DNA of 34,142 nt from Flavobacteriales bacterium (GTDB lineage Bacteria > Bacteroidota > Bacteroidia > Flavobacteriales_D > Sanyastnellaceae), in contig JBIKTK010000001.1 of NCBI GenBank assembly GCA_044348125.1, positions 1-34,142 on the forward strand, written 5' to 3'. How positions within the stretch are numbered: the stretch's first letter is position 1; every line of letters begins with the position of its first letter. A program made the translations under genes and the position numbers. Of this stretch, positions 18,005 through 28,000 are shown in pieces. The notes beneath the pieces are model-generated. The model saw only the letters and a list, made by a program, of their open reading frames with translations. It did no database searches and was not told the DNA's origin.

Positions 18005-19060
18005 TCAGAAAGTGGCCATCACGTTCACCAGGGTCTGGACGGATTCCAAAGGCAACGCATTGTACATCGATGCCCGGTATCCCCCCACAGAGCGGTGACC
18101 TGCAATGCCGCTGATGCCCGCCTCCTTCCAGGCGGCATCAAAGGCCGCAGCATCCTCGGGCTGGGCCAAGGTAAAGGTGGCGTTCATCCACGACCGGTCC
18201 TCGGGAACGGCGTGGCCCACGAAGCGCGGGTTGCGGTCGATTTCGCCGTACAGCAACTGGGCCTTCGCCCGGTTGCGTGCCTCCATCGCCGGCACACCGC
18301 CTTCCGCCTTCATCCACCGGAGCATGAGCAGGGTGGTGTACACGGCAAACACCGGTGGGGTGTTGAGCATGCTGTCCTTGTCGATGTGCTGGGCGAGGTC
18401 TAGGTAGGTCGGCAGCTTGCGGCCGGTCTTGCCGAGGGCTTCCCGGTCCACGATGTACACCACGGTGCCCGCTGGCCCCATGTTCTTCTGGGCCCCGGCA
18501 TAGATGCAGAGGTAGGGAGAGGCGTCGAAGGGGCGGGAGAAGATGTCCGAACTCATGTCCCCAATCAACGGAACCGATGCCGTGGGGTAGGGGTGGTACT
18601 GGGTGCCGAAAATCGTGTTGTTCGTCGTGACGTGGAGATAAGCGGCATCCGCGGGCACTGCAAACCCCTTGGGAATGTGGTTGTGGTTGGAAGCTGCGGA
18701 GGAAGCCACCACGTCCACCTGTCCCACCATCCGGGCCTCCTTGATCGCTCCAGCCGCCCAGGTTCCGGTGTCCACATACGCTGCACGTCCGCCCTCGGGC
18801 AAGAAGTTCATCGCCACCGTCAAGAATCCCAGGGTGGCCCCCCCTTGCAGGAACAGGACCTCGAAGCGGTCGGGCAACCCCAGCAACTCCTTCACCAAGG
18901 CCCGGGATTCGTCCATGACCGCCTCGAACGCCTTGCCGCGGTGGGAGACTTCGATCAGGGAGAGCCCCGATCCATTCCAGTCGAGGACGGCTGCAGCGGC
19001 TTGCTCCAGGACCTCCCGTGGGAGGATGCAGGGGCCTGCGGAAAAATTGTGGACTTGCAT
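18005..19060 (-). CDS. serC: Phosphoserine aminotransferase
   Basis: Start placed at MQVHNFSAGPCILP. The length and motifs are typical of SerC. Confidence 0.9.
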   Translation of the reverse strand: MQVHNFSAGPCILPREVLEQAAAAVLDWNGSGLSLIEVSHRGKAFEAVMDESRALVKELLGLPDRFEVLFLQGGATLGFLTVAMNFLPEGGRAAYVDTGTWAAGAIKEARMVGQVDVVASSAASNHNHIPKGFAVPADAAYLHVTTNNTIFGTQYHPYPTASVPLIGDMSSDIFSRPFDASPYLCIYAGAQKNMGPAGTVVYIVDREALGKTGRKLPTYLDLAQHIDKDSMLNTPPVFAVYTTLLMLRWMKAEGGVPAMEARNRAKAQLLYGEIDRNPRFVGHAVPEDRSWMNATFTLAQPEDAAAFDAAWKEAGISGIAGHRSVGGYRASMYNALPLESVQTLVNVMATF

Positions 19061-19108
19061 GCTGCAAATTTGGGCCAAATCCCCCCCCATCCCAAGGCCG
19101 GGTCTGCC

Positions 19109-20554
19109 TTAATGCAACCGATTCCAGGGGCGCCAGTCGGGGCGCAGTTTCCAGGCGAGGGCGATGGGGGCGGCGGCCACGAGGAGGCCGGCGGTGGGCC
19201 GGAGCCAGAGGCCGGCGGCGGTGGGGGCATCGGGCAGGAGGGGGGTCACCACGGCCCAGCCCGCCGCCACGGCGAGACCCAGTGCCAAGCCGGCCCCGGA
19301 TTCCTGCACCCAGGCCCCCGCCGGGATGCCCAGGAGGCGCCCCGTGATTCCCGCCATGGCCAGGAATTGCAACCCCGACAACCCCATCACCACCCAGGCC
19401 ACCCCGGCGGTTCCGGCGCCCACCGCCATCGCGCCGGCCGCCCCGGCCGCCACCAGGACCAGGTATCCCAGCTTGACCCAGACTGCGGCCATGAGGTGGT
19501 CCGTCGCCCGCACCACGGCGTCCCCGAGTTTGACCAGAGAGCGGAAAGCCAGCCCCGCGAACAAGATGCGCGCCAACGCCACCGCCGGTTCATACTGCGG
19601 CCCGAGGAACAGCAGCGTCGCCTCCCGGGCATAACAAACCAGCCCCACCGTCGCCGGAATCACCACCAGCGACAGCAGCCCGTGCGCCCGCAGCACCGTG
19701 CGCCGCAGCACCTCCCGTTGCGTTTGCAGCTGGGCCAAACCCGAAAACAAAACCGTATCGCTCAACTTGCCCAGCACCGTCACCGGCAGGTTGAGCAAGT
19801 AAACCGCCCGGTCGTAGTAGCCCGTCTGCGCCCAGCCCGAACGCCCCACCACCACCGTATCCACCTTGCTGCCGAGGTAGTTCACCACATTGTACAACGT
19901 GCTGCGCGTGCCGTAACCGAGCATGGCCCGGAAAGCCGGAAAGTCCAGCGGTCCCCAGCAACGCACCGGCCGCAGCCACCAGTACATGATTCCCAGCAGC
20001 GCATTCTGCGCCAGCAGCGCCCCCACATAAGCGTAGACCCCCCAGCCCGCTGCCGCCAATCCGAGCCCGACCCCGAGCGTCCCCAACCCCATGCCCACGG
20101 CAGCGGCCACGAACAACCTCTGGAACGCCATTTCCCGGAGCAGCAGGCTTTTGGGCACCACCGAGGCCCCGGAGAGGATGAAACTCCACGCGATGAGGCG
20201 GAGGATTTGGCCCAAACGCGCATCGCCATAAAAATCACCCACCCAGGGTGCAATCGCGTACAAGCCGAGGTAAAACACCGTGCCCAGGCCCAGCGACACC
20301 CAGAACGCAGTCCGCGTGTGCGCAGGCCCGATGTCCTCCCGCTGGATGAGCGACGGCCCGATGCCCACCTGCGCAAAGATTTCCACAAACCCGACCACCA
20401 CCAAGGCGATGGCCATGACCCCGAAGTCCGCAGGCGTGATGAGCCGCGCCAGCACCGTCACGAAGACGAGCTGCAGCACCACCTGCATCGCCACATTCGC
20501 CGTCTGCCAACGGATGGACGACGCGAAGCGCGGTGCCTCGGGGCGTTCTGCCAT
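19109..20554 (-). CDS. MOP/PST-family polysaccharide flippase (Wzx-like)
   Basis: 481 aa, strongly hydrophobic throughout and consistent with a polytopic (multi-TM) membrane protein. The N-terminus (RWQTANVAMQVVLQLVFVTVLARLITPADFGVMA) is typical of polysaccharide biosynthesis (PST) proteins. The start shares one nt with the rny stop. Confidence 0.75.
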   Translation of the reverse strand: MAERPEAPRFASSIRWQTANVAMQVVLQLVFVTVLARLITPADFGVMAIALVVVGFVEIFAQVGIGPSLIQREDIGPAHTRTAFWVSLGLGTVFYLGLYAIAPWVGDFYGDARLGQILRLIAWSFILSGASVVPKSLLLREMAFQRLFVAAAVGMGLGTLGVGLGLAAAGWGVYAYVGALLAQNALLGIMYWWLRPVRCWGPLDFPAFRAMLGYGTRSTLYNVVNYLGSKVDTVVVGRSGWAQTGYYDRAVYLLNLPVTVLGKLSDTVLFSGLAQLQTQREVLRRTVLRAHGLLSLVVIPATVGLVCYAREATLLFLGPQYEPAVALARILFAGLAFRSLVKLGDAVVRATDHLMAAVWVKLGYLVLVAAGAAGAMAVGAGTAGVAWVVMGLSGLQFLAMAGITGRLLGIPAGAWVQESGAGLALGLAVAAGWAVVTPLLPDAPTAAGLWLRPTAGLLVAAAPIALAWKLRPDWRPWNRLH

Positions 20555-22095
20555 CAGCGGGCGTAGTTGACGGAGCGCTTCTCGCGGATCACCGTGATCT
20601 TCACTTGGCCCGGGTACGTCATCTCGTTCATGATGCGCTGGCTCAAGTCGAAGGACAGCTGGTCCGCTTGGTCGTCACTGACCTGATCGCTCTCGACCAT
20701 CACACGGAGCTCCCGGCCCGCTTGGATGGCGAAGCTCTTGGTCACTCCGGGGAATTCCATGGCCAAATTCTCCAAATCCCGCAACCGCTGGATGTAGGCT
20801 TCGACCATCTCGCGACGTGCCCCTGGGCGCGCCCCCGAAATGGCGTCACACACTTGGATGATGGGCGACATGAGGGTCGTCATCTCGATTTCGTCGTGGT
20901 GCGCCCCGATGGCATTGCAGATGTCCGGGCGCTCGCCGTAACGCTCTGCGAGCTTCATGCCCAGCAGTGCGTGTGGCAACTCGCTCTCCTCATCGCTCAC
21001 CTTGCCGATGTCGTGCAGCAGTCCGGCGCGCTTGGCCGCCTTGGCGTCCAGTCCCAGCTCCGCGGCCATGGTGGCACAGAGGTGCGCGACCTCGCGGCTG
21101 TGTTGTAGGAGGTTTTGGCCATAAGAAGACCGGTACTTCATCCGGCCCACCATCCGCATCAACTCGCTCTTCATGTTGTGGATGCCCAGGTCGATGCAGG
21201 TCCGCTTGCCGATTTCCTGGATTTCTTCCTCGACCTTTTTGGTCACTTTCGCCACCACTTCCTCGATGCGCGCCGGGTGAATCCGGCCGTCGGTCACCAA
21301 CTGGTGCAGCGAGAGCCGGGCGATTTCCCGCCGAACGGGATCGAAGCAACTGAGGATGATGGCCTCCGGGGTGTCGTCCACCACGAATTCCACGCCCGTC
21401 GCCGCCTCCAGGGCCCGGATGTTCCGGCCTTCCCGGCCGATGATGCGCCCTTTGACGTCGTCGTTGGCGATGTTGAACACCGAGACGGAATTCTCCACGC
21501 TGTGCTCGGTGGCCACCCGCTGGATGGTCTGGATGACGATTTTCTTGGCGTCTTGGTTCGCCTTGATCTTCGCCTCCTCCATGATCTCTTGGACCTGTTG
21601 GGTGGCCATGATCTTCGCCTCCTGCACCACTTGCTCCCGCAGCGCCTGCTTCGCCTCCTCCGCAGACATGTTCGCGGTCTTCTCGAGCAATTCTACCGCC
21701 CGCAGCCGGTCGCGCTCCAGTTCCTTTTGCTTGTGCTCCAGGGCTTCCAGGCGCTGGTCGATTTTTTGCTGCTCCTTCTCGATGTGACGCTCCTTGTTTT
21801 GCAAGGCGTCCTGGTCGCGCTTCAGGTTCTTTTGCTCGTTCCGGATGCGGTCTTCGTTCGACTGCAATTTGGAAGTTCGCTCCTTGATTTCCTGATCGTT
21901 GCGTTCTTTCAGTTCGAGGAATTTCTCCTTCGCTTGGAGGATTTTTTTCTCTTTGATGGTCTCGCCTTTCAACTCTGCCTCAGCGATGATCTGTTCCGAT
22001 CGTTTCGTGAGGATTTTGTTGAACAACGTGTAACCGGCAGCTGCGCCTGCGCCCAGGCCTACCACCGCTCCGGTCAGAATGGATAATGCGTCCAT
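20554..22095 (-). CDS. rny: Ribonuclease Y
   Basis: 513 aa with an N-terminal TM helix and a coiled coil. The KH domain reads [15 protein letters not shown] and the HD domain reads LLHDIGK. Confidence 0.93.
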   Translation of the reverse strand: MDALSILTGAVVGLGAGAAAGYTLFNKILTKRSEQIIAEAELKGETIKEKKILQAKEKFLELKERNDQEIKERTSKLQSNEDRIRNEQKNLKRDQDALQNKERHIEKEQQKIDQRLEALEHKQKELERDRLRAVELLEKTANMSAEEAKQALREQVVQEAKIMATQQVQEIMEEAKIKANQDAKKIVIQTIQRVATEHSVENSVSVFNIANDDVKGRIIGREGRNIRALEAATGVEFVVDDTPEAIILSCFDPVRREIARLSLHQLVTDGRIHPARIEEVVAKVTKKVEEEIQEIGKRTCIDLGIHNMKSELMRMVGRMKYRSSYGQNLLQHSREVAHLCATMAAELGLDAKAAKRAGLLHDIGKVSDEESELPHALLGMKLAERYGERPDICNAIGAHHDEIEMTTLMSPIIQVCDAISGARPGARREMVEAYIQRLRDLENLAMEFPGVTKSFAIQAGRELRVMVESDQVSDDQADQLSFDLSQRIMNEMTYPGQVKITVIREKRSVNYAR

Positions 22096-22104
22096 GGTGT
22101 GTTT

Positions 22105-22410
22105 TTAGGACCGGGGAGCCAGGGCTGTCTGGATGCGTTCGAGCAGTTGTTCAAGGACTTCGCGTTGTTCGGCAGGCAGGCCCGCTTCCGGCGACTCAGC
22201 GGCGGCGGGCGGGGTGGTGGACACCGCAGAGGCAAACTGCAAGGCGGTCATCGCCAGCAGGTCCACGCGGTCTTCTACACCGTATTGGCTGCGAAAGGAT
22301 TCCATCTGTTGGGCGACCAATTCCCCCGCCTTTCTCAGCAAGGCCGCCTCTTCTGAGGCGACGGTGAGCGGGTAGGTGCGGCCGGCGATGTCGATGTGAA
22401 CCGTTTCCAT
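22105..22410 (-). CDS. zapA: Cell division protein ZapA
   Basis: 101 aa: METVHIDIAGRTYPLTVASEEAALLRKAGELV... Located immediately upstream of rny, as is usual in Bacteroidota. Confidence 0.8.
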   Translation of the reverse strand: METVHIDIAGRTYPLTVASEEAALLRKAGELVAQQMESFRSQYGVEDRVDLLAMTALQFASAVSTTPPAAAESPEAGLPAEQREVLEQLLERIQTALAPRS

Positions 22411-22413
22411 GGA

Positions 22414-22929
22414 TCAACGTTGAAGGAGGGCGATGCACGCATCGATCTCCTGAACAAGGGCTTCGATCGCCTCGGGTGAGAGCGTCGGAATGTCCCGGTC
22501 TGATTGAATATTGTGAGGTGTTGAACCCTGGCCTGGCATCTCCGCTGGGGCGACCGTGTCGCCAGCGCTGGGGACAGCGCTGGGGACAGCGGCCTCTGCC
22601 TCAGCACGTTCTTGGAGCAACCGGGCGATTTCCCGCTCAGCCTCGTCCAACAACAACTGGGTTTCCGCTGCAAAATCCCGCGCCAACGATTCCGCTTTCC
22701 GGGCTTCGTCGCGTTCTTCGCTGACCTGTCGGATGTGCTCCTCCCATCGGGCCTTCTGCTGCGCCATCTGGGCCTGCAGGGCATGGTAGGCTGTGAGCAA
22801 ATGGTCGGCCGCTTCCACCACTTGGCGCACGACCTGTTCCGGGGCCTGACCCATGGTGGGCTGGCTCCCGGCTGCCGGTGTGGGCGCTGGGTTGTGGGGT
22901 GCGGAGGTTCCGTTTCCGGGGGATTCCAT
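22414..22929 (-). CDS. Hypothetical coiled-coil protein, co-directional with zapA and rny
   Basis: 171 aa with a low-complexity N-terminus, then heptad-like Q/E/A-rich helices. It is 3 nt from zapA and has a perfect -7 box 17 nt upstream. No family was recognised. Confidence 0.55.
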   Translation of the reverse strand: MESPGNGTSAPHNPAPTPAAGSQPTMGQAPEQVVRQVVEAADHLLTAYHALQAQMAQQKARWEEHIRQVSEERDEARKAESLARDFAAETQLLLDEAEREIARLLQERAEAEAAVPSAVPSAGDTVAPAEMPGQGSTPHNIQSDRDIPTLSPEAIEALVQEIDACIALLQR

Positions 22930-22945
22930 GGAACAGGGTTCTGGG

Positions 22946-22953
22946 CAAAAGTA
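22946..22953 (-). promoter_or_regulatory. -7 box TACTTTTG (minus strand) for the coiled-coil ORF-zapA-rny transcription unit
   Basis: Perfect TAnnTTTG match in the divergent intergenic gap, 17 nt upstream of ATG 22929. Confidence 0.45.
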
Positions 22954-22997
22954 ACAAAAAAAAGCAGGGCATGGGGGAGGGGTGTGGCGGTGTCGGT

Positions 22998-23005
22998 TAG
23001 ATTTG
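22998..23005 (+). promoter_or_regulatory. -7 box TAGATTTG for the M23 peptidase gene
   Basis: Perfect TAnnTTTG match, 47 nt upstream of ATG 23052. Confidence 0.45.
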
Positions 23006-23051
23006 TCCTTCGGGTTGGGGAGGCGGCGCTGTCCCCCCCGTGACAGGCGGG

Positions 23052-25031
23052 ATGCGCAGGAAAATCAAAGAATTTCGGTGGGTTTGGCGTGGGTTCCTCG
23101 CGGGGGCCATCGGCTGCGTGCCGGTGGGTTGGGGGGGCGTGCCAGGGACCGGGTGGGGTGGGGGGAACGGGGTCGGGGTGGGGTGGACCGGGGTTTGGGG
23201 GGCGGACGCGGTGCCGGAGGAGCAGGGGCGTGCCGAGGGGGGGCGGGGGCGGGGAGCGGGGTGGCCCGCATGGTCGGGGGACAGTCTGCCGGAGGGGGGC
23301 GCGGCGCCGGGGGGCGACGCGGCGGAACCCGCGTTGCGCGGGGGGCAACCCGCTCGCTTGGGTCTTCGGCCGCCGCTCACGGTGCCCTTGGTGCTTTCTG
23401 GGAACTTCGGGGAGCTGCGGAAGAACCATTTTCACACCGGCATCGACCTCAAGACCGGCGGCGTGGAGGGATTGCCGGTTCTGGCTGCCACCGATGGCGT
23501 GGTGAGCCGGGTCAAGGTTTCGCCAGTGGGATACGGCCACGCCTTGTACCTGCGGTCGTCCCACGGCATCACCACGGTGTACGCCCACCTCCAGCGTTTC
23601 GAAGGCCCCCTCGCCCGCTGGGTGCTGGAGGAACAATATCGGCTCAAGCGCTTCGACATCGACCTCGTTCCACCGGACCACATCCGGTTTCGGGCCGGTG
23701 ACACCCTGGGATGGAGCGGGAACAGCGGTGGCTCCGGCGGTCCCCACCTCCACTTCGAAGTCAGGGAAACCGCCACGGAGCACCCCGTGAACCCGCTCTT
23801 CTGGGACCTGCCCATCGTGGACCGCCGCCCCCCCGAGCTCGGCGGCCTCTGGCTCCTCCCGCTGGAAGGCGGTCAGGCCGGCGGTCGGTCCGGACCCTTT
23901 CGCCTCGGCCCCGAGGCCGGCGAGACCACCGCGTTGGGGCGAATGCGTTTGGCCTTGGAAGCCCTGGACCGCCTGGACGGCGCGGAAAACGTCTGCGGCA
24001 TCTACCGCCTGGAGCTGGACGTGGACGGCGTGCGCTGGTTTGTCGCGCAGTTCGACACCCTGAATTTCGCCGTGAACCGCGATCTCAACGGCCACGCGCT
24101 GCCCGATGCCACGGGCCGTGTCGCAGGCCAAACCCACCGCCTCCACCGTCTCCCCGGCAACCGGCTTCCCATCTACCGTCCCACCGACTTCCTCGGGACG
24201 CCGATCGAAGTGGCTCCGGGGACCACCCGGGTCCTTACGCTGCGCGCGTGGGACGTCCACGGGAATCTGGCTGAGCGCACGGTCCGGCTCGTCGGGTCGA
24301 GCGGGGTCGAGCCGGGTTCGGTCACTGCCGCCGCCGCCGCTTCCGGCTCCGGCTCCGCCGCCCCGGGAGCGGAGCCCGGGTCGGTTCCGGCGGCCCGGTT
24401 TCGCTTCGGGACCCCACTCGCCCACACCGGGCCCGGCGGCGCGCGGCTCGAGGGCTCCGCCACGGCATTCTATGAGGACACCCGGGTGCCGTTCTACCCC
24501 AAGGAGGACCGGGTATGGGTCGTGGGAACTCCCGATCTCCTCACGCGCGAGGCGTTGTATGTGGATGTCCCCTGGCCGGCGGATGCCGCGTCGGGAACGG
24601 GTTGGGTCGCTTGGTTGCTGGATTCCCGGGGGAAACGGAAGGAGAGCATGCCCTGCACTTTTCATCTCCGGTCGAAGCAACTCTCCTTCCGGACGACCTA
24701 TTGTGGGACCTTTCGGTTGGTGCAGGACGCGGCCCCGCCCAGCATCGGTCCCCTTTGGCTCGCCAATGGGCGCAAGGATGCGCCCTTGCGCTTGCCGGGC
24801 GGGGAGCTCCGGTGGGCCGTTTCGGACGCCCTGAGCGAGGTAGTCTCGGTGGAGGCCACCCTCGACGGGGCGTGGCTGATGGTCCACTGGGACCCCAAGG
24901 CGGACCGGGCCTTCTATCGGCTCAGCGACCAGCGCCACCGGCCCGGAGTGCCCGCCGAAATCACCTTGACCGCCCGAGACCAAGCAGGGAACACCGCAAC
25001 CTGGCGGGGAACGGTCGTGCTGGGCGAATGA
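23052..25031 (+). CDS. M23-family metallopeptidase with a G/W-rich N-terminal linker and a long C-terminal extension
   Basis: Contains FGELRKNHFHTGIDL (HxxxD) and GGPHLHFEV (HxH). The first ATG is at 23052 (MRRKIKEFRWVWRGFLAGAIGC, signal/anchor-like). The track ORF begins at GTG 23040. Confidence 0.85.
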   Translation: MRRKIKEFRWVWRGFLAGAIGCVPVGWGGVPGTGWGGGNGVGVGWTGVWGADAVPEEQGRAEGGRGRGAGWPAWSGDSLPEGGAAPGGDAAEPALRGGQPARLGLRPPLTVPLVLSGNFGELRKNHFHTGIDLKTGGVEGLPVLAATDGVVSRVKVSPVGYGHALYLRSSHGITTVYAHLQRFEGPLARWVLEEQYRLKRFDIDLVPPDHIRFRAGDTLGWSGNSGGSGGPHLHFEVRETATEHPVNPLFWDLPIVDRRPPELGGLWLLPLEGGQAGGRSGPFRLGPEAGETTALGRMRLALEALDRLDGAENVCGIYRLELDVDGVRWFVAQFDTLNFAVNRDLNGHALPDATGRVAGQTHRLHRLPGNRLPIYRPTDFLGTPIEVAPGTTRVLTLRAWDVHGNLAERTVRLVGSSGVEPGSVTAAAAASGSGSAAPGAEPGSVPAARFRFGTPLAHTGPGGARLEGSATAFYEDTRVPFYPKEDRVWVVGTPDLLTREALYVDVPWPADAASGTGWVAWLLDSRGKRKESMPCTFHLRSKQLSFRTTYCGTFRLVQDAAPPSIGPLWLANGRKDAPLRLPGGELRWAVSDALSEVVSVEATLDGAWLMVHWDPKADRAFYRLSDQRHRPGVPAEITLTARDQAGNTATWRGTVVLGE

Positions 25032-25034
25032 GGC

Positions 25035-28000
25035 TCAGCGCACCAAGCTGACATGGCCGGACATCACCCGAACCACCGTCGCACCCCGGGCATCGCGGCC
25101 CGCAATTTCGGCGCGCCAAGCGTAGAGCGCGGCCGGTGCGAAGTACGCCCCGTCCTGGACCTCTCCGACCCAGTATTCGTTGGGGTCCTGGGTAGCGAAC
25201 ACTTCCGTGCCCCAGCGGTCGAACACGCGCAGATCGAAGCGCTCAATCTCTCCCGCCACCTCCACGCGCCACGCGTCGTTGACCCCGTCCATGTCCGGGG
25301 TGAACGCGTTGGGGGCATAGGTGACCCAGCCTTCGTTGACTGCGATGGATTTGCAGGCTTGGCTTACACAACCGTCTGGCGAAACCACGCGCAAGCACAG
25401 TTCAAAGGGCGAGGCACCTACAGACAACGCATTGAATTCGAAAGAGATGCCTTCCCCTTCGGCGGTTTGCTCCAGCAGCCAGGTGTGGGTGTCCGCCGGG
25501 TCGGTCAGGAGGGCCTCGGCGAGCACATCGGGGGCAAAAAGGCTCGGCTCTGCGGGAGAGGTGGTGAAGCCGGAAGAAGGCTGCGGGAAGACACACACCG
25601 GACTGGGTGCACTGGCCGTGCCCAGGCAACCAGCGGGGGTGATGGCCCAGGCAACCCAGGTGTAGCACCCGGGGTCAGACAAGACCACCGGACCGGGGTT
25701 GAGGCCGCTGATGCTCAGGCCACCGCCCGGATTGCCCACGGGGTCGATGTCCATCCCTCCGGTCCAGCTGTTGCCCGATGGGCCTCCCGCGGTCGTTGAG
25801 GCGGTGACGTCCACCAACAGGGGTGCGCAACCCTCGGTGGTGGGCAGGCTGAGGGTTACCTCGGGCAGGGCTTGGACCGCGATGGGTTGGGTGGTGGCCG
25901 ATCCACAAATGCCAGGAACGGTGTACGTCACGAGGTGCTGGCCAGCCCCTGCCAAGGAAGGGTTGAAGCCCCCGCCCACGGTGATACAAGGCCCGCAATC
26001 TGCGCTCCAGAGCCCGCCACCGACCGCAGGGCTCAAACCGGCCACCTCCGCGTCGATGCACAGGGTGGATGGCGCGTCGAAATCGCTCGAAGTGTTGGGG
26101 GTAACCAGCAGATCAACAGTGGATTCTGTCGGACACAGCCCCGGTTGGGTGTAGGCCAAACCCCACACCCCCGGGCCGGCTTCTCCGGCATCGAACACAC
26201 CTTGGTCGTCGATGCAGCCGCCGCAATTCGCGGTCCAGAGGCCGCCCGGAGCAAGGGGAGTGAGGACGACTTCGCCTACGCCGACACAAACGGTGGCAGG
26301 GGCAGTGAAGCCGGCATCCACAGGGGCGCCCACGGTCAAGGTGCCGGTGGCGGTGAGGGGGCAGGGCGGCGTGGTGACGAATGTGACGGGGAAGGTCCCG
26401 GCCTGCAGGGAGGCGGGGGTGAACAACCCGGTGGCGGCATCGATGCAGCCGTTACAAGGGATGGACCACGTTCCGGGTACATTCGCCTGCAGGGCGATGG
26501 CGCCCTGGTCGGTACAAATGACCTCCGGAAGCTCCAGCTCGGGCGCCACCGGGACCAATACGTCCAGCAGCAGGGAATCCGGGGCGAAGGCGCAGCCACC
26601 GGCTTCCCCCGAGAGCAGGACCCAGCCAGCATCCGACTCTTCGACTTCGTTCCAGCTGAGCAATGGCCCGCCGGCGGAACCGCCGCCGCCGCCGCCCGTC
26701 CCGCCAGGTCCACCGACCCCCCAGTTCCAAGTCCAGTCCGCCCCGGCCGGCGCGCCAGCAGGCACCTCCAATTCCGCCCCGGCACCGAGGCACACCGCCA
26801 ACGGCCCGGGCGGCAGCACCACCTGGTACAACGGCACCGGCGTCACCACCAACGTGGTCACCGGCGAAGTACAACCCGCCACCGTCACCGCCAGGCCGTA
26901 GGCGACGGGCGCCACGCCGGGGACCACCCACAGCGAGTCCGACCCCGCGTTGGAACCCGGCGCCACGCCCGTGCCCGACCAGGCGTACCCCCCTGCATCC
27001 GCCGTCACCCCCGTCTCAATCCAGTCCCCCAGCCCCTGACACCACACCCCTGGCCCCGCCAGGTCGGGCGCCTCCGGCACCGGAACCAAGTCCACCTCCA
27101 CCGAATCCGGTGCGATCGGGCACACCCCCACCGACCCCGTCACATAGTACATCCCCCCCGGCGCCCCCGCCGCCACCTGGACCGGATTGCCCCCCGCCGC
27201 GAATCCGGCCGGCCCCGTCCACTGGTACGTCGCCCCCGGCAGCGGCTCCGCCTGCAAAGCGAACGCCTCGTTCGCACACGTCGCGATGAAAGACGTCGAC
27301 GTCTCGTGCTGATAAGCCGCGTAATCGCTGAAGTACCCGTAGCGACAGCCCGACGTGCTGCCCCCATTGATGATGCCCAAGTGGAACGGCGTCGAGGTGT
27401 TGGCCAAACGAGATACAGCCAACGTGGGCACAAACCCCGTCCCTGTGATTTGCGCGTAGCTCCAAGCCCCTCCGGTTCCCGGTACCGGCAGGAAAGCGCC
27501 CGCTGGAACCTGCGCTGCATTCCCATTGAACTGGAAGTTCCCGATGCCCACCGTGGGCACCAGGATGTTCATGGCGAAGAACTCCGAGGTCGACCGCACG
27601 AAGGCCACCGACTGCGAGCCAGTGCATTCTACACTCGGCAACAAAGCCCCCCCGACCTCACATCCGAAGCCCGTGATGTGCAGCACATATACGTCCGCCG
27701 AAGTCGTGATGTAGGCCGCTGCTGCGGAGAGCACGTATTCGTAACCTTGGCCTGTGTTGAGCGTGGTCACCGGAAAGCCGTTGATGGAAACCTGGGTCGC
27801 ATTTGATGTGGCCACGATGTACACCCGGTCCGTACTCGTGTTCAGGTATCCGCGGACGGCGATGTACTGATCACCGACCAGGCTCACCGGTACGAGTTGG
27901 TCCCCGTTGATGTCCAGGCAGGTGCCGTTGAAGGGGGTTCCCTGGACCGAATCGTCGGAAATGGTCACCGCCACGGGGGCCGACGCAGAGATGAGGGTGC

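Noticed and set aside
18593-20566. 657-aa plus-strand ORF
   Set aside because: It lies antisense to serC and the flippase gene. It is extremely R/H/P/Q-rich and has no recognisable domain. The opposite-strand genes are well supported.
22335-24983. 882-aa minus-strand ORF, the longest unassigned ORF in the track
   Set aside because: It lies antisense to the M23 peptidase gene and out of frame across the zapA and coiled-coil genes. Its composition is dominated by R/P/G/A with no motifs. The M23 frame carries clear HxxxD/HxH catalytic motifs.
25872-27806. 644-aa plus-strand ORF, and similarly 30242..32269 (675 aa)
   Set aside because: Both lie antisense within the two giant surface-protein genes. 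They are R/G/P/H-rich and lack signal peptides or domains.
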